This document shows positions 46,450 to 56,101 of a DNA stretch of 64,000 bases, piece after piece. Every line of letters begins with the position of its first letter. Within the stretch, counting starts at the first letter, position 1. The stretch is from assembly GCA_947449875.1 (NCBI GenBank), contig CANFSY010000001.1:5459-69458 (forward strand). Direction: 5' to 3'. The DNA is from Paracoccaceae bacterium (GTDB taxonomy: Bacteria; Pseudomonadota; Alphaproteobacteria; Rhodobacterales; Rhodobacteraceae). The notes below the pieces were generated by a model. It was not told where the DNA came from and did no database searches. It saw only the letters and a list, made by a program, of their open reading frames with translations. Both the position numbers and the translations under genes were made by a program.

Positions 46450-47502
46450 ATGGGCTGGCGGGGGGCACCTTTGGCTTTGGGCTTGGCGGTGGCCTGCGGT
46501 GCGGTGCGGGCGGACACATGGGTGCTGGATCAGCGCGCGGTGCCCTTTGACTATACCAGTGCCGCCATTGCCACCGACTACACCCCCTTGGACAAAGCCG
46601 CGCACCCGTGGCGCATCTGTGTGGCCTATCCGCATTTGAAAGACGCCTATTGGCTGGGGGTCAATTACGGCATGGTCCAAGAGGCCACCCAACTGGGCGT
46701 CGGCTTTCGCTTGGTCGAGGCGGGCGGCTATCCCAATCTGGACCGTCAGATTGATCAGGTCAAAGCCTGCGTGGCCGAAGGCGCGGATGCCCTGATCGTG
46801 GGCACCGTGTCGTTTGACGGGCTGACCCCGACCTTGGTTCAGATCGCCAAGACCATGCCGGTGATCGCCGCCGTCAACGACATCGCCGATGCGGGCATCA
46901 CGGCCAAATCAGGCGTCTCGTGGCGCGAAATGGGGCTGGCTGCGGCACAGGTGATCGCCAAAGCCCACCCCAAGGGCAGCGCGCCGGTGCGTTTGGCGTG
47001 GTTTCCGGGCACGCAAGGTGCAGGCTGGGTGAAATTTGTCGAAGCGGGCTTTCGCGCGGGCCTTGCCGAAAGTTCGGCGCAGATTGTCGTTGTCAAATAC
47101 GGCGACACAGGACGCGAAATTCAGTTGAACTTGGTCGAAGAGGTGTTGGACGTCTATCCCGACATCGACTATCTGGTAGGCAGCGGGCCCATGGCCGAGG
47201 CCGCGGTGTCGATCTTGCGCGAACGCGGTCTGGCCAGCCGAATTGCGATTGTGTCAGACTATATGACCCCCGCCGTCCTGCGCGGCATCAAACGGGGCAA
47301 AATCTTGGCGGCACCGGATGATTTTCCGGTCTTGCAAGGCAAACTCGCCATCGAACAGGCCGTGCGCGCCATTGAAGGCAGTCTGACCCTGCGCCATGCC
47401 GGGCCCAGAATACAGACTGTCTCGATTCAAAATGTCGGCAGCGTCGAGCAAAGTGGCACGGTCGCGCCCGCCAGCTTTATTCCGGTGTTCGATATGCAAT
47501 AG
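46450..47502 (+). CDS. torT: Periplasmic TMAO sensor TorT
   Basis: 'WRICVAYPHLKDAYWLGVNYG', 'EAGGY', 'GVSWREMG', 'QGKLAIEQAVR'. Confidence 0.88.
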   Translation: MGWRGAPLALGLAVACGAVRADTWVLDQRAVPFDYTSAAIATDYTPLDKAAHPWRICVAYPHLKDAYWLGVNYGMVQEATQLGVGFRLVEAGGYPNLDRQIDQVKACVAEGADALIVGTVSFDGLTPTLVQIAKTMPVIAAVNDIADAGITAKSGVSWREMGLAAAQVIAKAHPKGSAPVRLAWFPGTQGAGWVKFVEAGFRAGLAESSAQIVVVKYGDTGREIQLNLVEEVLDVYPDIDYLVGSGPMAEAAVSILRERGLASRIAIVSDYMTPAVLRGIKRGKILAAPDDFPVLQGKLAIEQAVRAIEGSLTLRHAGPRIQTVSIQNVGSVEQSGTVAPASFIPVFDMQ

Positions 47503-47508
47503 GGGCCT

Positions 47509-47718
47509 TTATCCCTTATCGCGCAGCGCCTGCACGCTGGCATCGCCGACAAACCAGTCGCGGGCGGCGATTTCTTCGAAGACCACCCAGACATCGTCTT
47601 TCGAAATGCCCGCCGTTTCGGCAATGGCTGCCACGATCTTGGCCGACATAGCGGTTTTTTTGGCCACGGGGTCATCGGCAATGACTTCCTTGACGATCCG
47701 GATGGTGACAAAGGGCAT
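47509..47718 (-). CDS. 4-oxalocrotonate tautomerase-family protein (69 aa)
   Basis: Starts M-P (catalytic Pro1), 'PFVTIRI...VWVVFEEI...WFVG'. It is the 3' end of the ORF-track entry 47509..48651. Confidence 0.85.
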   Translation of the reverse strand: MPFVTIRIVKEVIADDPVAKKTAMSAKIVAAIAETAGISKDDVWVVFEEIAARDWFVGDASVQALRDKG

Positions 47719-47735
47719 GACGTGGCCTTTCTGGT

Positions 47736-48683
47736 TCAGCGTCCGGTTTTGTGACCGCCGGCGGCTGTGATGACGCCAACGATGATCAACCCCGTCAGCA
47801 AAAGGCGCAGACCCGCACTGACGCCAAAGGTGTTCAGCATGGTCAGCAGCAAAACCAAGAACAACGAGGCCCCCCAGATGCCCGGCACATTGGCCTTGCC
47901 CCCCGCAACCGAGGTGCCGCCGATCACCACCACGGCGATCGAACTGAGCAGATATTCGTTGCCGATATCCACACTCGCGCCGCGGAAATATCCGGCCAAA
48001 AGGGCTCCGTTGATGCCACCCAAAGCGCCTGACAGCGTGTAGGTCAAAAGCCTGACTCGTTCGACCGGAATGCCCGCCAGTTTGGCCGCGCGCATGTTCT
48101 GCCCGATGGCCAGAACCGAGCGGCCATAGACCATCTTTTGCAATCCCGCCCAAGCCACCACAGCCAAAGCCACGCCAAACAGCCCCAAGATCGGCACGCC
48201 GAAGAACTGCACATTGGCAAAATCGGCAAAGCTGTCTGGCGGTTTGATCTGCAAGCCGCGCCCGTAGTGGATGTCGGTTGACAGGATGATAAAGCTGGAC
48301 GACAGCGTGGCGATGATCGGCGGAATGCGCAGCACGCGGATCAGCGCATAGTTGGCAAGGCCAATCACCACACCGCAGGCGAGTGCGGCCAGCAGGCCAA
48401 GGGCGATCAGGCTGTCTTGCCCGTCCATCGTTTTCATAGCCACAGCACTGGCCAAGCCGATATTGGCGGGCAGCGACAAATCCACATTGCCCGGCCCCAG
48501 CGTGATGACAAACATCTGCCCCAAGCCCACGATCACGGTAAACACCGCCAGCGACAGCGCCGCCGTAATCATCCCCCCCGCGCCGTGGCCGCCGGTGAAG
48601 ATCACCGCCGCAAGCCAGACGATCAGCGCGCCCAAGAACGACCAAATCCACGGTGTGGCAAAAAGCTTGGCAAAACTTGGCAT
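47736..48683 (-). CDS. Sugar (CUT2/RbsC-type) ABC permease
   Basis: 'GNVDLS', 'IPPIIATL', 'GRSVLAIGQNMRAAKLAGI', 'VVIGGTS'. Confidence 0.9.
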   Translation of the reverse strand: MPSFAKLFATPWIWSFLGALIVWLAAVIFTGGHGAGGMITAALSLAVFTVIVGLGQMFVITLGPGNVDLSLPANIGLASAVAMKTMDGQDSLIALGLLAALACGVVIGLANYALIRVLRIPPIIATLSSSFIILSTDIHYGRGLQIKPPDSFADFANVQFFGVPILGLFGVALAVVAWAGLQKMVYGRSVLAIGQNMRAAKLAGIPVERVRLLTYTLSGALGGINGALLAGYFRGASVDIGNEYLLSSIAVVVIGGTSVAGGKANVPGIWGASLFLVLLLTMLNTFGVSAGLRLLLTGLIIVGVITAAGGHKTGR

Positions 48684-48685
48684 TC

Positions 48686-49654
48686 TCACGCTCCCTTCCG
48701 GCTGATCAGCGCGCGCGCCGCCAGAACCGAGATCAAGATCACCCCGTTTGCCGCCACCTGCCAATCGGGCGGAATGTTCATAAATGTCAACAATGGCGAG
48801 GCCGCAAGCGCCAGCGTCAAGGCGCCGATCACCGCGCCGATGGGCGAAACCCGCCCGCCGACAAACTCGCCCCCGCCCAAGATCACGCCCGCAATCGACA
48901 ACAGCGTATAGCCATTACCGATATTGGCATCGCCCGAGGTGGTGATGCCAATCAGCGCCATTCCCGAGATCACGCCGAACGTGCCCGTCAAGGCAAACAT
49001 CACGACCTTGGTTTTCAGCAAAGACCACCCCGCCCGCCCAATCGCCTGCGGATTGCCCCCTGCGCCGCGCAAAACCGTGCCGTAAGCGCTGCGCATCAGG
49101 CCGAAATGCACGACCAAGGCGATGACGATCGCCGCGACGATGGGAAAGGGCACAAAGGGCACTTTCAGCCCCATAAGGCCTTTCAACCAATCAGGGGCCG
49201 CCCCGCCCGGTTTGGGCAAAATCAAAATCGCCAAGCCTTGCCAGACAAAGCTCATCCCCAGCGTCACCACGATAGAGGGCAAGTTGCGCAGATGAATAAG
49301 CGCCCCAAGCCCCGCATAAACCCCGATGGAGGCCAGCAGCACCAAAACCCCCAGCACCGGCGCATCGTGCAGCCAAGTGGCTGTCACACAGCCCACAAAG
49401 CCCACAAAGGTGCCAATCGACAGGTCAAGCTCGTTGATCGTGATCACGAACATCTGGGCGATGGTGGCAAGAGCAATCGGAATGGCCAAGTTCAGCATCA
49501 GGCTAAAGCCGAAATAGCTGATGGCGCGGGGGTTCAGCCATGCGATCGCCAGCAAAATCAGCGTCATCGACAGGGCGGGCAACATCGTGCGCAGCAATCG
49601 GGCCCTGTTACGGGCGGCGCGCGATTGGGCGGCGGTGGGGGCAGATGAGGTCAT
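48686..49654 (-). CDS. Sugar ABC permease
   Basis: 'ELDLSIG', 'LPSIVVTLG', 'GGNPQA', 'VILGG'. Confidence 0.9.
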   Translation of the reverse strand: MTSSAPTAAQSRAARNRARLLRTMLPALSMTLILLAIAWLNPRAISYFGFSLMLNLAIPIALATIAQMFVITINELDLSIGTFVGFVGCVTATWLHDAPVLGVLVLLASIGVYAGLGALIHLRNLPSIVVTLGMSFVWQGLAILILPKPGGAAPDWLKGLMGLKVPFVPFPIVAAIVIALVVHFGLMRSAYGTVLRGAGGNPQAIGRAGWSLLKTKVVMFALTGTFGVISGMALIGITTSGDANIGNGYTLLSIAGVILGGGEFVGGRVSPIGAVIGALTLALAASPLLTFMNIPPDWQVAANGVILISVLAARALISRKGA

Positions 49655-51117
49655 GCGCCCACCTCGGCGAAAGAGGATTGGATGATCTTCTCCTCGGTCA
49701 AGTCGTCGTGGTCTAAAACGGCCACGATCTGCCCGTTGCGAAACACATAAACGCGGTCGCAATTGTCCAGCTCGTCGGTTTCGGTGGTGTACCACAAAAA
49801 GGTGCGCCCCTGCTGGGCTTGCGTTCGGATCAGGTCATAGACATCCAGCTTGGTGCCCAGATCGACACCGCGCATCGGGTCATCCATCAAGATGATCTGC
49901 GCATCTGACGCCAAAGCACGGGCAAACAGCGCCTTTTGCTGGTTGCCGCCCGACAGCGACAGGATGTTGTTGTCCAGATTGTCGGTGCGAATGCCGATAC
50001 GCTCGCGCCACGTAACGGCCAAGTCTGCCTCTTTGTCGGCGGCAATAAAGGCCCCGCGCCGCAAAGCTGCAAGCGAGCGGATCGAGATGTTCATGGCAAT
50101 CGACCACAGCGGAAAAATCCCGTCGGTCTGGCGGTCACCCGCCACAAGCGCCACAGCGCCGTCAACCGTCATTCCCTTGCGGCGGGCGTTTGCCGCCTCG
50201 AACAGGTCAATCAGCAGTTTGGTTTGACCGTGGCCTGCCAATCCGGCAAGGCCGATCACTTCGCCCCGCCGCGCTTGCAGGCCGATGGCACCATGCGCAC
50301 CGCCCGCTTGCACCTGCGCCACAACGGGTTGCGATGCGCCCACACCGTCGCTGCGCGTGGTCTTGGCGTGCAACCGCGCGCCCCCCATCGCCGCGACCAA
50401 TCGCGCGCGGGTCAAGTCGCGGGCGGGTTCATCCGCCACAACTTTGCCGTCGCGCATCACGACCACACGGTCAGAGGTTTCCAGAATCTCGCCCAAGATA
50501 TGCGAGATCAAAATACAACTGATCCCCCCCGCCACAGCGCGGCGGATATGGTCCAACAACTGCCGCGCGGTTTGCGCATCAAGTGACGAGGTCGGCTCGT
50601 CCAGAATGACCAGATGCAGCGGGTCGTCGGTCAGGGTAAAGGCGCGGGCCACTTCGACCATCTGGCGCTGGCCAATGGCCAGATCGCCCACGATGTCTTG
50701 CGGGCTGATGCCGTGGCCGGGGAAAATCGCATCCAGACTGGCGCGGATCAGGTCGGCGGCCCGTTTGGCACCGCCCCATCCGTTTAACGCGCCGTGGCTG
50801 ACGCGGGTGTTTTCGGCGACACTTAGGTTCGGGCTGAGCGACAATTCCTGAAACACACAGCGCACGCCCAAAGCACGGGCGCGCTGGATCGTCCAATCGC
50901 TCTGTGCGGCCCCATTGATCGCAATCGTGCCGCTGTCGGGCGAACCCGTTCCGGCCAGAATGCTCATCAACGTTGACTTGCCTGCGCCGTTATGGCCGAC
51001 AAGCCCGATACATTCCTTGGCGTGGACGGCAAAATCCACCCCGTCAAGGGCGCGGACGGCGCCAAAACTTCGTTTGACGCCGTCCAGCTTGGCAATGCTA
51101 CGCAACGGATCGCTCAT
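49651..51117 (-). CDS. Sugar ABC ATPase (two fused NBDs)
   Basis: GHNGAGKS, 'LDEPTSSL', 'LSGGNQQK', 'DDPMRGVD'. Confidence 0.92.
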   Translation of the reverse strand: MSDPLRSIAKLDGVKRSFGAVRALDGVDFAVHAKECIGLVGHNGAGKSTLMSILAGTGSPDSGTIAINGAAQSDWTIQRARALGVRCVFQELSLSPNLSVAENTRVSHGALNGWGGAKRAADLIRASLDAIFPGHGISPQDIVGDLAIGQRQMVEVARAFTLTDDPLHLVILDEPTSSLDAQTARQLLDHIRRAVAGGISCILISHILGEILETSDRVVVMRDGKVVADEPARDLTRARLVAAMGGARLHAKTTRSDGVGASQPVVAQVQAGGAHGAIGLQARRGEVIGLAGLAGHGQTKLLIDLFEAANARRKGMTVDGAVALVAGDRQTDGIFPLWSIAMNISIRSLAALRRGAFIAADKEADLAVTWRERIGIRTDNLDNNILSLSGGNQQKALFARALASDAQIILMDDPMRGVDLGTKLDVYDLIRTQAQQGRTFLWYTTETDELDNCDRVYVFRNGQIVAVLDHDDLTEEKIIQSSFAEVGA

Positions 51118-51160
51118 GCAACAGCAACCCCAAGACGACCCTGATGCGCGGCGGGGGTCA

Positions 51161-52174
51161 TCACTTGATGTTCGCCTTGATGGCGGCCAGCGATTCTTCC
51201 AGCGTGTATTCGTGGCTTGCCACACCGCCCTCGGCGATATTGGGCAGTTCGGCTTCAAAGTCGTCTTGGGTGAAGGCCAGATAGGGCACCAACATATCGT
51301 GCGGAATGTCGGTGCGGCCATCCAGAACCTGCTGGGCGACCCAGAAGGCCAAGCTCGACACGCCCGGCGCGATCGAGGCCGACCACGTGGTGTAGCCGTC
51401 CAGATCCTTTTGCTCTTTCCACCACTTCAGTTCGTCCTGACGGTTGCCCATGATGATGGTCGGGCGCGGCTTGCCAGCGGCGGCAAAGGCTTGTGCAGCG
51501 CCGTAGCCGTCACCGCCTTGGTCGACGATGCCAACAACATCGGGCAGCGAGGGCAGAACAGTTGCCACGGCCTTTTGCGCGGTGGTCTGGTCCCAATCAC
51601 CGGTGACCGAGTTCACGATGGTGAATTCGGGATGGGCTGCAACGCCGTCCAGAATGCCTTGGTGAATGGCTTCGTCAATCGAGGTGCCCGCCAGACCGCG
51701 GATTTCCAGCAAGTTGCCGCCCTTGGGCTGGAACTTGGCCATTTCTTCAACTTCTTGACGGCCCATCGCCGCGAAGTCGACAACCACGCGGTAGGCGCAA
51801 GGCTCGGTCACCAGACCGTCAAACGACACAACCACAATGCCCGCATCGCAAGCCTGCTTGACAGCGCCGTTCAAAGCGTCGGGCGAACCGGCGTTGATCA
51901 CGATGGCGTTGTAGCCTTGCAAGATCAGGTTCTGGATCTGGGCGGCCTGTGTGGGCACTTCTTTATCCGCCGTGGTGAACACGTCAGACGCGGCAACAAC
52001 CTTGTCAGCCACAGCCTTTTCGCTGACCTTGCCATAGCTGGTCAACATGGCCTGACGCCACGAGTTGCCGGCATAGTTGTTCGAGAAGGCGATCTTCATC
52101 GAAGACGTATCTGCAAAGCTGGCGGTCGAGGCAGCCGACACCAGCAAAGCAGCAAGCACGAGTTTCGTTTTCAT
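51161..52174 (-). CDS. Sugar ABC substrate-binding protein (type I periplasmic fold)
   Basis: Signal peptide, 'SNNYAGNSWRQ', 'QIQNLILQG', 'GIVVVSFD'. Confidence 0.9.
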   Translation of the reverse strand: MKTKLVLAALLVSAASTASFADTSSMKIAFSNNYAGNSWRQAMLTSYGKVSEKAVADKVVAASDVFTTADKEVPTQAAQIQNLILQGYNAIVINAGSPDALNGAVKQACDAGIVVVSFDGLVTEPCAYRVVVDFAAMGRQEVEEMAKFQPKGGNLLEIRGLAGTSIDEAIHQGILDGVAAHPEFTIVNSVTGDWDQTTAQKAVATVLPSLPDVVGIVDQGGDGYGAAQAFAAAGKPRPTIIMGNRQDELKWWKEQKDLDGYTTWSASIAPGVSSLAFWVAQQVLDGRTDIPHDMLVPYLAFTQDDFEAELPNIAEGGVASHEYTLEESLAAIKANIK

Positions 52175-52248
52175 TTCTAAATTCCTCCCAAGGGTCCACC
52201 GACAAAGTTCCGCATTCTTGGGGCGGAGCGGGTGGCGAGTGGGACCTT

Positions 52249-52268
52249 CACACTAACATGTTAGTGTG
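52249..52268. promoter_or_regulatory. Perfect 20-bp palindromic operator upstream of the sugar ABC operon
   Basis: CACACTAACATGTTAGTGTG. Confidence 0.7.
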
Positions 52269-52417
52269 TCAATCGCCCAGATGCGGCATCTTCAAAGCTT
52301 TGTCCTACCCTTTGCTTCAAAGGGCAGGCCAGCCTGCACCACCGCTGCCCGACGGTATGGGCACGTCACTGCCGCGCAGATCTTTGGGGGCCAAAGAGGG
52401 GTTCTCAGATGCCGCGC

Positions 52418-53323
52418 TCAGCGGCCCCGGATGCGAGGGTCCAGCGCATCGCGCAGGCCGTCGCCGATATAATTCACCGACAAAACGGTCAACGAAATCG
52501 CAAGGCCGGGCCAAACGACGCGCTCGGGATACAGTTGAATATATTGCAACCCGTCAAACAACAGTCGGCCCCATGTCGGAAAATCGGGCGGAAACCCAAG
52601 GCCCAAGAACGACAAAACCGATTCCGTGATAATGGCTTCCGCAACCCCCAAAGTGGCCGCCACCATCACCGGCGAAATGATATTGGGCAGGATGTGGCGC
52701 AAAATCACGCGGCGGGCGGGAACGCCGATGGATTTGGCGGCCAAAACATATTCGCGCTCTTTCAGCGCCAAAACCTCGCCCCGCACAATGCGCGCGGCCT
52801 GCATCCACGATGTGATGCCAATCGCATAAACGATCAGCAAAAATGCCCCCAGTTCCGGCCCCATGATCGAGGCGATTTTATCACGAAACAACATCACCAG
52901 AACCAAGAGCAGCGGGATCAGTGGCAAGGACAAAAACAAATCGGTCAGCCGCATCAGTGGCCCGTCAAGGCGTTTGAAATAGCCGGCCAGAATACCAATC
53001 CCCGTGCCGACAAAAATGGCGATAATCATGGCCACAAATCCCACGGCCAAAGACACCTTGCCCGCCGCCATCATCCGCACCAGCATATCGCGGCCCAACT
53101 GGTCGGTGCCAAAGGGAAAACGCCACGAGGGTCCTTGGTTTTTCACCTTTAACGCCTCGACCACCTTTAATTTGACCTCGGGCCAAAAGAAGGGGCCAAA
53201 GACCACAAACGCGACGAGGGTTCCCAGCACAATCAGCCCGAAGACAGCGCCACGATGCACCCGAAATTGCCGCCAGACAGCGCCAAACTGGCTTTGCGCC
53301 TTGGGGATGCTTTGGTCACTCAT
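52418..53323 (-). CDS. Peptide/nickel ABC permease (OppC/DppC-type)
   Basis: 'FGTDQLGRD', 'EYVLAAKSIG', 'RHILPN', 'GDGLRDALDPR'. Confidence 0.93.
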   Translation of the reverse strand: MSDQSIPKAQSQFGAVWRQFRVHRGAVFGLIVLGTLVAFVVFGPFFWPEVKLKVVEALKVKNQGPSWRFPFGTDQLGRDMLVRMMAAGKVSLAVGFVAMIIAIFVGTGIGILAGYFKRLDGPLMRLTDLFLSLPLIPLLLVLVMLFRDKIASIMGPELGAFLLIVYAIGITSWMQAARIVRGEVLALKEREYVLAAKSIGVPARRVILRHILPNIISPVMVAATLGVAEAIITESVLSFLGLGFPPDFPTWGRLLFDGLQYIQLYPERVVWPGLAISLTVLSVNYIGDGLRDALDPRIRGR

Positions 53324-54323
53324 AACGGATCCTTGGGTCAAGAAGGCCGTACAGGATATCGGCAATCAGGTTAAAAACAACGATCAGCACGGCAAAGATA
53401 AAGGCAAGGGTTTGCACCATGGGCAGGTCATTGGCACTGATCGCCCCAATCAGGGCCGCGCCAATGCCGTTCACGCCAAACAGGTTTTCAGTGATGATCG
53501 CCCCGCCAAAAATCGACGGAATGCCAAGCGCAATCACCGTGACAACCGGAATCAACGAATTGCGCAGCACGTGTTTTAGCACGACAACCCGCTCTGTCAT
53601 GCCCTTGGCACGCGCGGTGCGCACATAATCCTGCCCCATGTTTTCCAGCATGGACGAGCGCATGTACCGACTGATCGCCGCCGCATTCGCCAAGGCCAAA
53701 ACCATCACCGGCATCGCCATCTGTTTGATCTGCAACACAAAGCTTGCCCAATCTGTCACGGCAAGGGTGGTGTCATATTTGGTGGGAAACCAGTGCAGCC
53801 AGACGGCAAAAATGATGATAAACAACGTGCCCGAGAAAAAGGTGGGCACCGAAAAGCCGATCATGGCAACCAAAGTGCCCATCTGATCGAATACCGAATA
53901 TTGCCGATAAGCGGAATAAATCCCGATGGGCACCGCGATGGCAATTCCCACCAGATAGGCCGTGCCAATCACCGTCAGGGTTTGGGGGATACGCTGGCCG
54001 ATCACGGTAAAAACCGGGCTGCGCGATTGCCACGACAAGATGCGCTGTTCGCCGCCCGCGAGAGTCCACCCGAACCAGCCATCCATCAGATTGGCCGGTT
54101 CCACCCAGAAAAACTGGCGCAGCCACAGAATATAGCGCACATAGACCGGCTGATCCGCGCCCAATGCCGCGATCATCTTCAGGCGCACTTCGGGCGGGAC
54201 AGTCAGGGGGATTTCTGACATCGGCGATCCGGGGGCCAGATCGACCAGCAGAAAAATGATCAAGCTGATGAACAAAAGCGTCGGTATCGCCAAAAGCAGC
54301 CTGCGAAGGGTAAAGGTCAGCAT
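53316..54323 (-). CDS. Peptide/nickel ABC permease (OppB/DppB-type)
   Basis: 'DYVRTARAKG', 'HVLRNSLIP', 'DILYGLLDPRI'. Confidence 0.93.
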   Translation of the reverse strand: MLTFTLRRLLLAIPTLLFISLIIFLLVDLAPGSPMSEIPLTVPPEVRLKMIAALGADQPVYVRYILWLRQFFWVEPANLMDGWFGWTLAGGEQRILSWQSRSPVFTVIGQRIPQTLTVIGTAYLVGIAIAVPIGIYSAYRQYSVFDQMGTLVAMIGFSVPTFFSGTLFIIIFAVWLHWFPTKYDTTLAVTDWASFVLQIKQMAMPVMVLALANAAAISRYMRSSMLENMGQDYVRTARAKGMTERVVVLKHVLRNSLIPVVTVIALGIPSIFGGAIITENLFGVNGIGAALIGAISANDLPMVQTLAFIFAVLIVVFNLIADILYGLLDPRIRYE

Positions 54324-54359
54324 GGCCTGCGACGCCTTTGTTGATAAGCTTACGGGAAA

Positions 54360-54385
54360 GGCGGGCCCCGTGGTCAGGGCCCGCC
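54360..54385. terminator. Stem-loop 3' of the peptide-binding protein gene
   Basis: GGCGGGCCC-N8-GGGCCCGCC. Confidence 0.5.
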
Positions 54386-54397
54386 AAAGGGTTTAGA

Positions 54398-56101
54398 TCA
54401 CTTCACGCGGAACCAATCCGCCACGTTCCACAATTCGCTGTCCCAAGCATTGATTTTAACACCGCCCAAAGCGTTAGAATGGGCCGACAGCGTGCCGCGG
54501 TGCACCAAGGGCACAACAACAAAGCTGTCTTTGGTGACCATGTCGTTCAGCTTTTTAGCCAATTCGGCGCGCTTTGCCTCGTCCCGGGTGCCAGACAGTT
54601 CGGCAACCATCGCATCATAAGCCGGATCACAGAAGCGGTTCATGTTTTCACCCTGCCACTGGTTTTCTGGCGAGGGAGCTTTGTCGCATTTGTATTGCGT
54701 CAAATAAGCTTCCGGATCGGTGCCGTCGAAGTTGTTGGCATACATTTCGACATCGGCGTAAAACTTCTGGAACGTATCGGGCGAACCTGCGTCGCCGCCA
54801 AAGAACACCGAAGGATCAATTGCCTTCAGTTCGGTTTCAACGCCAATCTCTGTCCACCAATCTTTGATAAGCGCTTGGAAGTCTTGACGGATCGGGTTCA
54901 CGGTCGATTGATACAGGATCGACAGTTTTTTGCCGTCTTTCTCGCGGATGCCGTCGCCGTTGGTATCCACCCAGCCTGCGGCTTCCAGCAGGGCCTTTGC
55001 CCCCTCGATATCTTGCGTCAGGCAACCGGTGTTGTCAGAAGCGTACAGGGCCGGTGCGGGCACAATGTTGCATGTTGGTGCGCCACCGGCACCGTAGCCC
55101 ACTTCGGTCAGCGTCTGGCGGTCAAGCGCCATCGACAAGGCCTTGCGCACGTTGATGTCAGACAGGAAGGGGTGGGGGTGCTTGGCGGTGGACCGCTCGC
55201 CCTCGGGCAGGTCTGCCGACGGGTCGGTCATGTTCATTTCCAGACGTTCGACAAGGGTGCCGAAGGCCACAACGAACACACCCTTGCCCTCAGCGGCCAT
55301 GGCGGCTTGGCTGTCGGGGGGGATCTGGGTGTTCCACGCATAGTCAAACTCGCCGGTCGACATCACCGCGCGGGCCGACCCTTCGGCATCGCCGCCGCCC
55401 TTGATCACAGCCGATGCAAAGGCAGGCTTGGCCGGATCGCGGTAGTTGGCGTTGGCTTCCATCGACACAGTGTCATTGACGGTAAAGCCGGTGACCTTGA
55501 ACGGCCCCGTGCCAATCGGCATCGAGTTTTGATCCGTGCAGGTCGGTGCCGCAGCGCCAAGGCAGGCTTCAAACTGCGCCTTTTGCAGGATCGGAGAGGT
55601 CGATCCGACAAAGGCCGTGAAGGGGTTCGGTTTGGGGCCGTTGAAGGTGATCTTGACGCTCATGTCATCGACCGCTTCGATCGACTTGATGCCGTCAAAT
55701 TTCGACAACTGGGCGCAACCACCGGCAGGGTCCATGCAATACTGGCCGGTAAAGACCACATCCGCCGCTGTTACGGGCGAACCGTCGCCCCATGTCAGAC
55801 CGGGCAGCAGTTTCCACGTGATCGAGGTCAGATCCTCGGAGATCCCGCCATTCTCCACGCTGGGAATTTCGCTGACCAGTTTGGCAACCAGCGCGCCGGT
55901 GTCGTCAAAGCCTGCCAAAGGCTCTACCACCATCGACGAGGCGAAGATGTCTTTGGTCCCCGACGACAGGTAGGGGTTCATGATCGACACGGCCTGCGGG
56001 AAGGTCAGCTTGACCTCGCCGTCGGTGCCACGCTCGGCAAAGGCGGCGGGCGCCATTGCAAAGGCGCAGACGGCCCCAAGTAAGACAGATTTCAAGTTCA
56101 T
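54398..56101 (-). CDS. Peptide ABC substrate-binding protein (family 5)
   Basis: Signal peptide, 'WGDGSPVTAADV', 'PIGTGPF', 'VRKALSMALDR'. Confidence 0.93.
   Translation of the reverse strand: MNLKSVLLGAVCAFAMAPAAFAERGTDGEVKLTFPQAVSIMNPYLSSGTKDIFASSMVVEPLAGFDDTGALVAKLVSEIPSVENGGISEDLTSITWKLLPGLTWGDGSPVTAADVVFTGQYCMDPAGGCAQLSKFDGIKSIEAVDDMSVKITFNGPKPNPFTAFVGSTSPILQKAQFEACLGAAAPTCTDQNSMPIGTGPFKVTGFTVNDTVSMEANANYRDPAKPAFASAVIKGGGDAEGSARAVMSTGEFDYAWNTQIPPDSQAAMAAEGKGVFVVAFGTLVERLEMNMTDPSADLPEGERSTAKHPHPFLSDINVRKALSMALDRQTLTEVGYGAGGAPTCNIVPAPALYASDNTGCLTQDIEGAKALLEAAGWVDTNGDGIREKDGKKLSILYQSTVNPIRQDFQALIKDWWTEIGVETELKAIDPSVFFGGDAGSPDTFQKFYADVEMYANNFDGTDPEAYLTQYKCDKAPSPENQWQGENMNRFCDPAYDAMVAELSGTRDEAKRAELAKKLNDMVTKDSFVVVPLVHRGTLSAHSNALGGVKINAWDSELWNVADWFRVK

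Noticed and set aside
47719-48651. N-terminal 311 aa of ORF-track entry 47509..48651
   Set aside because: Out-of-frame overlap with the permease. Only the last 69 codons are a real tautomerase.
54338-56083. 581-aa plus-strand ORF
   Set aside because: Antisense shadow of the peptide-binding protein gene.
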